Shown piece by piece: positions 63,515-63,717 of a stretch of DNA of 63,717 nucleotides. Within the stretch, counting starts at the first letter, position 1. Each line of letters begins with the position of its first letter. Origin of the DNA: Negaprion brevirostris (lineage: Eukaryota); NCBI GenBank assembly GCA_030324005.1, contig JARDVH010000025.1, positions 69,489,696 to 69,553,412 of the forward strand, read 5' to 3'. The translations under genes were made by a program, and so were the position numbers. The notes beneath the pieces were generated by a model. That model made no database searches. It worked only from the letters and a program-made list of their open reading frames with translations, and had not been told where the DNA came from.

Positions 63515-63717
63515 ATAAAGTTCGATCCTCAGCTGTATTAAGTATTGCTGTCTTTGGATCCCAGGAACTCACCCATTATCCCGGGAGATTCAGAACAAGA
63601 ATGAATTGTGTGATTGCAGATGATGCTTTGGAGAATCAGTACAATGGCTGCACTGCCAGTGTCATCCAACTGAGGTCTGGTAATCAGCTCCATGGGCAAA
63701 ATTCATATTTCTGGCTG

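Overview
Eukaryotic (vertebrate) genomic DNA from a gapped scaffold assembly. The repeat content (HE1-type V-SINEs, HER1/CR1 LINEs, DeuSINE-type SINEs, Penelope elements) points to a cartilaginous fish such as a shark. The only host coding sequence I can support is one 197-bp internal exon of an XK-related gene, best matching XKR6 exon 2 (minus strand, 24083-24279, canonical AG/GT). The rest is most likely the two flanking introns, and it is dense with decayed transposons. These include many CR1 LINE pieces (one keeps ORF1 and the APE endonuclease), three SINE lineages, Rex1/Babar LINEs, at least three Penelope families with hammerhead-ribozyme relics, and PIF/Harbinger-like TIR elements plus a decayed intron-containing Myb/SANT gene. 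A Gypsy LTR element is nested with three later insertions and carries an RT-to-RNase H segment replacement. Almost all ORFs in the track are repeat fragments, chance ORFs or N-gap read-through. I found no convincing intact novel biological system; the findings are structural oddities and relics of known element classes. Family assignments come from motif recognition by eye, not database searches, and repeat boundaries are approximate (about +/-10-30 bp).
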